This document shows, in pieces, positions 52,679-64,000 of a stretch of 64,000 nucleotides of DNA. Each line of letters opens with the position of its first letter. Position 1 is the stretch's first letter. The DNA is from Octopus bimaculoides. Its lineage: Eukaryota. Made by a program: the position numbers and the translations under genes. Under the pieces are notes generated by a model. It saw only the letters and a list, made by a program, of their open reading frames with translations. It did not search any database and had not been told where the DNA came from. The stretch is taken from contig NC_068992.1 in assembly GCF_001194135.2 (NCBI RefSeq), positions 27,460,724 through 27,524,723 of the forward strand, given 5' to 3'.

Positions 52679-54624
52679 GTAGGTAAATCTGATTGTTGAG
52701 TCAGGCTTGGCCAGGGAGACAGATAATAATATGCAAACCTTTGATCTTTTAATTTACTATCCACCCCAACCAACTTGGTTATCCACACTCTCCACAAGAA
52801 CTTCAGTGCTCTAAAAATTAATGATTATTTGAAATGGAAACTGTCCTACTGAGAAGTGGAACTGGATTCTAAACTCAGCTAGCTCACCAGAAATCTAATA
52901 CTCTCCCTGTACTTCCTCTGCCAAGCTAATATTGATGATGACAATATTTTTTTCATATAATAAAGATATTGCATGCCATATAGTTTCTCTCAATTTATCT
53001 ATCTAATACATCTCTCTTTTCCCTCTTTTTGTGAGTAATGTTATGCAGTTCACATCAATAGTGACAACCACCTAACACTATGGCAATACACAAAGATTTG
53101 AACTTGATTTTACAACAGCAGCATGGCATCATATGAACTAGGCTTTACACACTAATAAAAACGAAGACAATATTCTATACAAAGAAAGAGAAAGCATAGA
53201 TTTCAATCATTGTAAGACAATCAAAACAGCACACATCACTAGAGAAAATACAAATAAATAGATTGATCAATGAATGAAACAAGTTATACATTATTTTATT
53301 ATACAAAATTATATGTATGTGTGTGTGTGTGTACACATGTGAGTATATATAAATGTATGTATATACATATGTATACACACACACAAGTATGTATATATCT
53401 ATGTGCATGTATATATCTATGCATGCATGCACTCACGCACATGCATTCATGCACAAAGTAAAAATCAAAGGTGAATTTATTCTGATCTTAACACTTGAGT
53501 AAGTTCTAAAGGGAAACTAGACAAAGATTTCAAGTCCAGCTGATATCACTGCTTAGTGGTTATTTCCAGCTCCCTTTATATGGAAAACACCCATTTTCAG
53601 ACCACAGATATTATTGACAAGGAATTCTCTAATCTATTTTTCAGCAATTTCCACTCATCTACACTTATTTCCTTATTCATATTAAAAAAAACAATCCTAA
53701 TATTGATATCCTTAAAACCAAGCATTTCAAACTAAACATTTTTAGTCCCCAAATAGTTTACTTTTATACATGGATAACACTGCCAAATGTCAGTTTTCAA
53801 ACAGAAAGAAACAGCAGATTATGTTTTGCGGGATAAATATAGTGACACAGAGTTAAGTAAAGTTTTAACATTCATGCCTTTTCAAAAGCAGTAACAGTGA
53901 AGGGTTATATAGAAATATAGTCAGGTGACTTAGTAGATAACATTTTCCCATGATCAGACCTGTTTACATGAAGACTGAAAAATGAATGACACTGCTTGTA
54001 TAGCAATGAAATTTATTTACAACTATCAGGTGATGTCATGACAAGGTGGCACAAACACAGATACACACATATACAACAGGCATCTTTCAGTTTCCAGTCA
54101 CCAAAGCACCTCACATGACTTTGATCAGCCTGGAGTTACAGTAGATGTTGTACATGGTGTTACACAGTACAGCTGAATCTGAAACCAAGTGATTGCAAAA
54201 CAAACTTCTTAGTCACATAGCCATACCTGCACCTATATAAGAAATATTTGTATATACACAGGCAGGTATCGTTAGGAATATGTATATAGGAATATGTATA
54301 TAGGAATATGTGTGCATGTATGTCTGCCTACTCTCTATTCTTTGAAAGCTTGTCACATCCTCTAACACTTACATCTCTTAATCCTCACATCACACTCCTT
54401 ATTTATTACTTCCAGTCAGTCTAAATGCACCTATTCTTACATTTTTTCCACCATTCTTTGTGGTTCCACAAGTACAGGACCCACTGACTTTTAATTCACC
54501 AGGAAAGTTAATGGAGAAAGTACCCATTGTATGTCAAAGATGCACAAGAGCCATAAAGATCAAGGATATATGGGGAAACTGATTTTCTCAAATTACCTGG
54601 TAGCTCCCTAAAATTTGTAGATAG

Positions 54625-55000
54625 TTTCAGTTAATTGGGAGACCTAATTAACTGTGGAGGAGGATGTTCTGAAAGCATAGTTGCAAGAATAAGATAGAGA
54701 AAGTTCAGGGAACTATTACCTCTGTTGGATGCAATAGTTTTCTCTCTCCATGTAAAAGGCAGATTGTATGATGCTTGTGTATGAACAGCAATGCTACATG
54801 GTAATGAGAAGTGGACTATGGATGCAGAGGACATACAAAGAATAGAGAGGAATGAAACTAGTATGTTCCATTGAATGTGCAGCATCAGTGTACATGTATG
54901 ACAAAGTACTAAGATTTTAAGAGAAAAATTAGGCATAAGAGGAATCAGATGTAGTGTGCTGATTTGGTCATGTGATACATATGGAGGAGGACAGCTACAT
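54625..55000 (+). mobile_element. RTE LINE RT C-terminal fragment
   Basis: LGDLINCGGGCSESIVARIR...KFRELLPLL...KGRLYDACV...LREKLGIRGIRC. Confidence 0.8.
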
Positions 55001-55383
55001 AAAGTGGATGGGACATGGGGATGAGGGAGGACTGGGAAGAAATGGGATGTTGTAGCGAAGACTGAACTCAAGTTGTTGAACCTCATAGAGAAAATGACAA
55101 AGGACTGAGAAAACTGGTGATTCACTATACTCAAGGAGTCCTGTCCAACACAGCAAAGATGATGTCCTAAAAGCATTGTGGTTATGCTTGTAACCCATTC
55201 TACTGCACCAAACATTCCTCACATCACATTCATCTTATACCCAGCCCTCCTTCACTCCACTATCTATGTTACTACTTGGTGACTGTAGGCACTTGAGGAG
55301 AGTATTGGCACATATTATTCCCCCTACTTTTTTGCACCACCAGTTACCTCTTCCCCCATTATCTTCTCTTCTCAACTCATACA

Positions 55384-55429
<46 letters not shown>

Positions 55430-57099
55430 GTTTCTTTCAATTTCCATCCATCAAATCCTCTCACAAGCCATTTGTCAGCCCAAGGCTATAGTAGAAAACA
55501 CTTTCCCAAAGTGTCATGCAGAGAGATTGAACCTGAAACCATGTGGTTGAGAAGCAAACTTAACTACACATCTATGCCTACATATATATAATAATCATCA
55601 TCATCTTTTAACATTTATCTTCCAGGCTGCATGCACCAGATAGTTTGGACAGAATCCAACAGATCAGAGGACTGCATTGTGCTCCAAGTCTGCTTTGACA
55701 CAATTTTCTGGCTGGATACCTCTCCTAGCACTAATCACTTTACAGAGTGTACTGAGTGCATTTTTTGAAGTACCAGCACTATTTGAGGTCACCACATAGC
55801 TCACAAAGCTAAGATCAGTATGAGTATAGAGGGTGTAGCTTTATGCTGGATGATGAAAGGGTCAGAGTATGAAGGAAGGAGTAAGAATAGATTTCTTGCT
55901 GTTGAAGAGATATATGGCTGCTCACATTATACAAATACAGGGTGGGAGTATTCAGTGTGGCACTGGAAAAAGAAATAAAGATAGCGGTGACTAAGTGTTG
56001 GAGTAGGCTCTGGAGACAGAAGAATAGGACATGAAGTTGGATAGTAGCAAAAATGTATGGAGGGAGTATGAGATGGTAAGAAATAGGGTAACAGTGTAAA
56101 AATACTGAATGATAAACAAAGGTTAATAATTATGAGTTAAAAAGAAGTTAGGGGAGAGATGATAACTAGAGGTTGGAAATATATAAGGGTGATTAATGAT
56201 ACATATGAACTGGGGAATAGGTGTTCATTGATGTTACCAAGGGGTGGGGAGCAGCAGGACAGAAATAGTGAGATTAAGTGTGGGTGGCAAGTTGCAAGAA
56301 TGTTATTGTTCTTGGTGAGATTGTAGCAGGAGCCAAAGTTTAATTGAAAACAGGTTAGAGATTCTCCTGCTGACCACTTACATTAGGTGAAATATTGTGG
56401 TTGGAAAACAGGACGCTGTGTTAATGAATTTCAGCCTTTTATTTGGCTTACTAAAGGACCTGTAAGCACCAGATTCCAGGTCTAAGGTTACATCAAGGAA
56501 ATAAAATGTCTTCAGACTGGTTCCCGCTGTGACCTGAGCCCCAAAGAATTCACAGTGTAGATGAGGTCCTTCCTAAGTCTATCAAATGTATGGACATTTA
56601 CCCTTCTCAATATTGCCAAAGTATTGTCTCTGCAGAGACCAAAGCTAGTTTGAAGGAATTTCTAATTAAGTAAATTTAGGACAAAGAAGAACTAATAAGA
56701 ACTAACATCAGCACTGTTGAATGTGTCGGTTGCTACATCAAAGGAGCCTTCTGGGTCAGTGCACTCAGCCTAGGCTGAATCCTTGCTGAAGAGTAGGGTT
56801 TTTCTGACATGCATGATACTACCTAACTCCCTTGATATAGATGGGTAAAAATTCACAATATCACATTATGTAAACTTTGCTCTAACTTTGCCACTATTGG
56901 TTCTAAACCATGTGATGACCTTGCAGGTACAACACCAGAGAGTGAGGCCAGAGGCTCTCCTAATGACATGATCAGCTGCTTGTATACTAAGCCAATCTCA
57001 GATGTTGCAAGGTTGATCGGATGACATTTGGAGTTAGAAGTAAAATTTCACAATATTGAGAAGGGCGAACAGTCACACAGTCATTCACCTGCAGACTAT

Positions 57100-57430
57100 T
57101 TTCAGGGACCCTTATGCAATCATTTAGTAAGCAGTAAATAAATTAGGGGTAGATAAATAGCTTGTAAGGGTTGTTCAAGTCATGTATAGAGGTGCAGTCA
57201 GCAAGAGTTAACAATGAGTTCAACAACAAAGTTAGCATGCAGATAGTGGTCCAACAGGTCTGTTTCCAAATCTCTATTTATCATAGTCCTTCAAGCCATA
57301 ACAGGAGTTTATCACTGGCTGTTTATGGAAATTCTTCAATACCAATGATGTTCTTATAACAGAATCTGTAGAGGATTTCTAAGCATGGATTCAAAAATGG
57401 AACTGAAGGACCTTGAAGTAAAACTTAACT
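57100..57430 (+). mobile_element. RTE LINE RT fragment
   Basis: KLGVDK*LVRVVQVMYRGAVSK, then a decayed SPLLFIIVLQAIT region. Confidence 0.7.
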
Positions 57431-59278
57431 AATATATATGAGTTTTACTAAGTAGGAAAAGAGCCAGGGCTATGCTGCCATCAGGGAACTGAATTAAGTA
57501 GAAACTCCATATAGGATATCTAGTATAAACAATAGATGCACAAGAGGTGTAGTGGAATCACAGGCAGTTAGCCTTCATATGAAGCAAGTGTACAGGAGCA
57601 AGCATAACAAGTGCTGAGGCATTTCATTAAATGTTGTTCTATTCTACACAGCTGGAAATGAGTACTAGCTGTATGCTGGTGCAGTCTTCTCTCCCTCCGG
57701 CTGTCACATTTTTGATGTTCTGAGTCAAGAAGAAGAGGGCCAAGAGGATGTATATGTCTGCTCATAACTACACTTAAACAATTAGTGAAAGCATGGAACA
57801 TGGTACCAGGTTATACACTCTTGCAAGTAACAGCCATGGTGTGTGTGTGTGCATGCACACACACACACACATATAAAATCAAAGATAGCTAGATGGATAG
57901 ACAGACAGATAGATGGGTAGATAGATGGATGCACCAACAGATACAAACACACACACACACACACACGCATCATTATCATCATCATCAATTGTTTTACACC
58001 TATGTTCCATACTTATATGGGTTAGATAGGTTGTTTCTGTACTCATGGATGGATCACAGAACTGCAACTCACTTGTAAATTTCTTTTTTAGCTTGGTTTC
58101 TTTATAACATTTTACATGAATGCTTATTCACTCAAGGAACAGACCAAGAAAGTGAATAGCAGAGAGATTGATGATAAAATCAGACAAGACCCATGCAATG
58201 CAGGCAGCATGGAACAGTGAACAGATCGACTGCCATCCTTAGATTATTAGCAGAGTACAGTAGATAGAAGATAGCATGTTTGAGAGAGAAAGGGAGGGGG
58301 AAGATGAATGATAAGAAGATGGTATCAAGAGTTAGGAGTGGCAGCATATGTTGACTTTACTGAGGTTATTAGATTAGAAACCTAATTGTAAATTCTCCCT
58401 TGCTTTCATCATTATTGTCAGTTTTTAATGCTTCAAATGTTTTTAATTTTCATTTCAACATGCATGCACAAATGGTTGGATTTTCTCCAGCACATTTTGC
58501 CAATTATCTTGACCCTTTGTAATCTCTTCTGTAAATTATAGTATGTAAAAATCAGTCTTCAGCACTTCATCCAATATTTTATTTTAAAGACTCCTTTGTC
58601 TGTTCTGAAAGTATAGTTGCTAGAATAAGAATAAGATAAAGAAAGTTCAGGGAATTATTACCTTTGTTAGTTCATTAAGTCTCCTCCCAAATTGTTATAG
58701 AAAATAATATCAAAAAAACATTTTATAGTGCATCTTTTCTATTTATATCCACAGTAAAACATATTTTCTTCATGCAATCCAGCATCAATTCCCAAATTTC
58801 TGAGTGTATGCATTACTACTTTGAGGGGAAAGTTAGAGGATCATTAAAAGAAATTGTGAAAAATACAAAAAGAAAGTGAGAGAAATAGGCAGAGTGGGAG
58901 AATAAAGAAAAGAGAAAGGCAGGAAGGTAGTATGTAAAATAAATGTGAGAGGGAATATGATAAAGAAAAAGACATACTCTGTAGGTTTATCGTACAGAAT
59001 ATGGTGTGTGTATATAGGTTTCATAAATTTCAGGTGGTGTATCTCCAACCTATCTAGAAAAGAAATAATTCTGAATAAGAATTGATTTAGAACATGATGA
59101 CCAGTTCAACCCATGCTAGCATGAAAAAGCAGATATGAAATGGTGATGATGGTGATGCATCCAGATTTAAGCTCAGATAGGTTCCTATGATGCAACACAC
59201 TTCAAACCTAACTAAAAGATTAGAAAATGACTATTTTTAAAATCTCACAATGTGAGATATTCAGCAACAGTACTTTGT

Positions 59279-59523
59279 AGTAAAGATTGCTTGCCAACAT
59301 AATATAGCAGTCCTGGTTTAGGACGAATGTTGCTCTAATTTAGCCCTGGGAGAATTGCCTCCAGCTGGCTATACAACACGATCTGTGTCCTTATATTTTC
59401 GAAAATATAAGGACACAGATCATGTTGTATAGCCAGCTGGAGACGATGCCTCCTGGGGCTAAATTACAGTAACATTAGTCCTAAACCAGGACTGCCATGT
59501 TATGTTGGCAAACAGTCTTTACT
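59279..59523. mobile_element. 245-bp fold-back (palindromic) element, probably a MITE
   Basis: Two arms are reverse complements along their whole length, centred at tatattttc|gaaaatata (59400/59401). Confidence 0.8.
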
Positions 59524-60419
59524 TACTAAAAGAGTTTATAATGTATTTAGAATGGTAAAAATTCAAATCTAGATGACACAAATTTTCTTGAGGGAACATT
59601 AGACTCTCAAATACTAGGTTTTAACATCTCTTTTGATGTTTCAAACCATCAAAAATGAATGTCTTGACGCAATAGCCAAAACATACTTCAGTGCTGAATA
59701 GTTTCTGACACTCTACGCAATAAAAGTTTGTCTCCCGTGGTTATTGACCACATACAAGATGATTTAGAATTTTATATTACTCTTTGATCCAATGATGATA
59801 TTAATGATGTTGCATTGGTGGGAAGGCAGACCAGTTTTCTAGGAATGCAGGTTTGAAGTATGCCTGTCAGGTAGCAACAGTGTTAAATTTTTTGTAATAT
59901 AACATTTACGTGCATGACAAAATGGGAGCAAGCCAACTTTGAAAATCAAAATGGGAAATTTGGGACTTGCAGATTCTAAATGCAGATTCTTAACTTACTC
60001 GTCACAAAACATTGTACAATCATCAATTTTAATCTTAAGTCTGCTTCATCACTGCTAAAAACCAATGCTTTCAGACATCTAACCCAAATGCAAATTTTTT
60101 TCACATATGAGAAAGCAATTTTTCCGAAATAAAAGTCCCCTTTCACCAACATTAAAGCAGAGTCCAAGAAGAGTATGCCTTGCTTAACTATGACTTTCAA
60201 TGTAATTGCAAAGACTTGGTTTTCTACAGTTTTCCCATATGTGAATGTACATATTCTGGAAGTAGAGTCTCATTTAGAATCAGCAAAGTGAATTATTGCT
60301 ACAAGTTGTAACAATGGAAGCTGCACAGAAGTCTGTTAGAGAAAACATTCCTTTCTCAAGTGGTAGATTAAATTTGTTGTAACATACAGATGTTAGTGGC
60401 AGACTTAATCTGTTACTTC

Positions 60420-60781
60420 TGTTGTTGTTGGCATTCCGTCGTTTACGATGTCGAGGGTTCCAGTTGATCCGATCAACGGAACAGCCTGCTCGTGAAATTA
60501 ACGTGCAAGTGGCTGAGCACTCCACAGACATGTGTACCCTTAACGTAGTTCTCGGGGATATTCAGCGTGACACAGTGTGACAAGGCTGACCCTTTGAATT
60601 ACAGGCATGACAGAAACAGGAAGAAAGAGTGAGAGAAAGTTGTGGAAGAGTACAGCAGGGTTCGCCACCATCCCCTGCCGGAGCCTCATGGCCCAGTGGT
60701 TAGGGCAGCAGACTCACAGTCATAGGATCACGGTTTCGATTCCCAGACCGGGCGTTGTGAGTGTTTATCGAGCGAAACACC
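60420..60781 (-). mobile_element. Second OR-like SINE; body on minus, head inverted onto plus beside a gap
   Basis: 60420-60690 is the reverse complement of 17370-17640; 60691-60781 is the head in plus orientation. Confidence 0.8.
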
Positions 60782-61199
60782 NNNNNNNNNNNNNNNNNNN
60801 NNNNNNNNNNNNNNNNNNNNNNNNNNNNNNNNNNNNNNNNNNNNNNNNNNNNNNNNNNNNNNNNNNNNNNNNNNNNNNNNNNNNNNNNNNNNNNNNNNNN
60901 NNNNNNNNNNNNNNNNNNNNNNNNNNNNNNNNNNNNNNNNNNNNNNNNNNNNNNNNNNNNNNNNNNNNNNNNNNNNNNNNNNNNNNNNNNNNNNNNNNNN
61001 NNNNNNNNNNNNNNNNNNNNNNNNNNNNNNNNNNNNNNNNNNNNNNNNNNNNNNNNNNNNNNNNNNNNNNNNNNNNNNNNNNNNNNNNNNNNNNATGACT
61101 GTGAATACAAGTAGCCATTATGGAGTTACTTTGAAGAGCATCTAAAGCAGCATTATTGAATAGTGTGCATAGGCTGCAGATCGGGAAGTCTTTTTTTGT

Positions 61200-61250
61200 A
61201 TCTGTGTGTGTGTGTGTGTGTGTGTGTGCGTATATGTATATAAATATGTT

Positions 61251-61306
<56 letters not shown>

Positions 61307-61665
61307 CACATACACACAAACATATCTATATACATACATGTGTCTGTGGGTATGTATGTGTGTAAGCAAGGTTAGGTGCAAGCATGCCTATGTGGATAAG
61401 AAGTTTGGTTTGCAGCCACATGGTCTTGGGTTCAGACCTACTATGTGGTACCTTAGGTGAGTGTCTTCTACAATAGACATGAGTCAACCAATGTCCTGTG
61501 AGTGAGTTTGGTAGAGATAAACTGTAAAAAAAGCAGACAGATACACATGCACACACTCAGATTCAGTCCTACTGTATGTCATTTTGGGCAAATGTCTTCT
61601 GGTATAGTAAAGGCTGACTAAAATTTTATGAGTGGATTTGGTAGATGGAAACTGAAAGAAGTCTG

Positions 61666-61764
<99 letters not shown>

Positions 61765-61765
61765 A
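61200..61765. repeat. (TG)n and long (CA)n microsatellites flanking SINE fragments
   Basis: Directly visible. Confidence 0.9.
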
Positions 61766-61769
61766 CTCT

Positions 61770-62010
61770 GCGTGTGTGTTAGTGTCTCCTCAACTTGACA
61801 TCACATGATAGATGTAATTGAGCATCACAGTCATACAAGCAGTGTCCATTTCCAATCTTCTGTAAAAACATGTTTGGCCATGGGGAAATATTTAATTTGC
61901 TTAGAAACAGGTGAAAGTTGGTGACAGGAAGAGTATCCAGGCATAAAAAATCTGCCTCAACAAATTCCATCTGATCTATGCAAACATGGAAAAGGGGATG
62001 TTAAAATGAT
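61770..62010 (+). repeat. Dispersed non-coding repeat
   Basis: Reverse-complement copy at about 27380-27590. Confidence 0.55.
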
Positions 62011-62369
62011 CACACACACACACAACATTATAATTTATAAATACAGTATTTGGTTTATAAATAGAGATTGATATAGTGAGTACCAGACCAAAATAAACAC
62101 TGGTATTAATACAACCAACTAAAATCTTTGAATGTGGTGTCCCATCATAGCCTATAATTTCTAATAATTATTAGTTTCTAATAATTGAAACCAGTATAAT
62201 ATCTGAACATAGTTTGCTATTAGTTCAGTAATCCCTTTCTTATCATTCAACTTATCTCTCATCTCTATTTTTTCCCAATAAGTACTGTCTGTCAATCAGT
62301 AATATTCACTGAATTCTTATAAAGTAAACTGTGCTTAGATCAGAGTTGTCTCTCTTTGGTATCTGGTGT

Positions 62370-62408
<39 letters not shown>

Positions 62409-62847
62409 GGAGGGATTTGATAACAGGTAACATAAATATTAGTTGGTTACCTGGTTGGCTGATTTCTCTAGACACACTTCAGATCATACAGAGAGAGTAA
62501 AAAATACAGAGAGAGTTAACATAAGAGGTGCAGAATGAGTGCAAATACTAAACTTGGTGGTAGGCAATGAGTAAAGAATTGGTGCACATGCACACACATA
62601 CACAGAGTGAGAAAGATTCTTAGACATAGTAAAAGAGGAGAAAATAAGAGAGTAATACATATTTTTCTTTTAAAAATTAGTATTCATTTCATTATTTTGT
62701 ATAAGCACCAAGAGTTATGATATATTTTAAATTATAATTATTGTATATTTGCCATATTTCTTGATATTACCTATGATGGCAAAAGTATGTATTCTTCCAA
62801 AGTTAGCCACCATATGATAGATAACTCTCATATACACACACACAATC

Positions 62848-62889
<42 letters not shown>

Positions 62890-63109
62890 GCAAACTCACA
62901 AATGACTAAATACTCAAGTTTTTACCATCATATTAAACATCATGGATTTGTAAACAACAAATTTATGTAAGTAAATAACAATGAACCCATTGATGAGAAG
63001 TGACCCACAGTGTACTTACTGCATAAACATGGCACTATTTAAACCAGACTGACTTAGCACTACTCCCAAAGTTAGATATTAATATGTATTTCACTTACTG
63101 AATATTGTT

Positions 63110-63258
63110 AGGAAGGGCATCCAGCTGTAGAAACTCTGCCAAATTAGATTGGAGCCTGGTGTTGCCATCCGGTTTCACCAGTCCTCAGTCAAATCATCCA
63201 ACCCATGCTAGCATGGAAAGCGGACGTTAAACGATGATGATGATGATGATGATGACGA
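63110..63258 (+). mobile_element. RTE LINE 3' tail fragment
   Basis: aggaagggcatccagctgtagaaactctgcc...aaacgatgatgat, nearly identical to 27245-27365. Confidence 0.85.
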
Positions 63259-64000
63259 CAACAACATGCTCCAACATTTCTTCATATGCACATACATCAT
63301 ATATATATATATATATATATAAAGTCATACCAGGTTTTAATCTTCAAATACTTTTAAATTCTGACTTGCTAATGGATAATACATCTGTGTGTATGTGCAT
63401 CAGTAATTCTTGAAAGGAAGGAAGAATGCAAGAGAGAAAAATTGGAAAATATCTAGATGTATCTAAATTATTCTATACAGTGTCTCTACATATAGAGGTG
63501 CTATATATATTATACATGACTATGAGTGTTTAACTGAACAGGCAGAAGTTAGATGCTTAAAAAAGGTTGTAGCCATTTGTGTAAAAGACATGTCCATATC
63601 TTTCAGTTGACAGGACATGGCATAAAGCAATAAGTCCTGCAAACTGCAATTGTTTTGTCAGAAAGGATTATAGCTGACATGAATAATAGTGGCTCTCATT
63701 GAGACTGATGAGGAGGATTATAAGGATTGATGTTGATGACGATGATGATGATGGTTACCATTATCATCAGCAGCAGCAGCATCAGCAGCAGTCTGAACAT
63801 CTATAACTTTCAACCATTTCTCACTTCACCAATGATGAGTAAAGCATCAGATTAAGAGAGTGAAGAGCCAAAGAAAAACACAGAGGAGAATCTAGTAAAC
63901 AAAAATATGCATGAAAATTCCTCAGAAAGTGTGACAGTATTATTAAAGCTGTCACAAATGAGATCAGAAAAAACAGACTAGAGAAAGGGGAAGAATGGAT

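Noticed and set aside
53590-53740. Exon-like open frame TTDIIDKEFSNLFF
   Set aside because: Appears to lie inside a MITE-like repeat; no donor site
56280-57100. Possible LTR-retrotransposon or gene remnant
   Set aside because: Complex sequence, but I found no diagnostic motif or open frame
60691-60781. Biological inversion of a SINE head
   Set aside because: Lies directly against a gap; mis-assembly is more likely

Overview
AT-rich, microsatellite- and repeat-dense animal genomic DNA from a draft assembly with seven N-gaps. The tRNA-derived SINE families, the RTE LINEs with (GAT)n tails and the MITEs resemble octopus repeats, so the source is probably Octopus or a related coleoid (inference). 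It is not prokaryotic: no operons, CRISPR arrays, rRNA or intact tRNA genes were seen. There is no long intact ORF. Recognisable coding remnants are all transposon-derived: a Buster-type hAT element with TIRs and an 8-bp TSD (21345-24267), two decayed Ty3/Gypsy elements, many RTE fragments, two CR1/L2-clade LINE fragments and a mariner fragment. The best-supported host gene was assembled by hand from splice signals. It is a minus-strand, seven-exon gene (9482 to 6255) whose coding exons are only 3-66 nt. They chain in one open frame into a 96-aa protein I cannot assign to any family, and a polyA signal follows. Further candidates are a plus-strand cluster of 9-24 nt frame-preserving microexons at 41.4-44.5 kb, two CpG-rich regions that look like bidirectional promoters, inverted LINE copies and fold-back hairpins. 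All gene models are unverified manual predictions.
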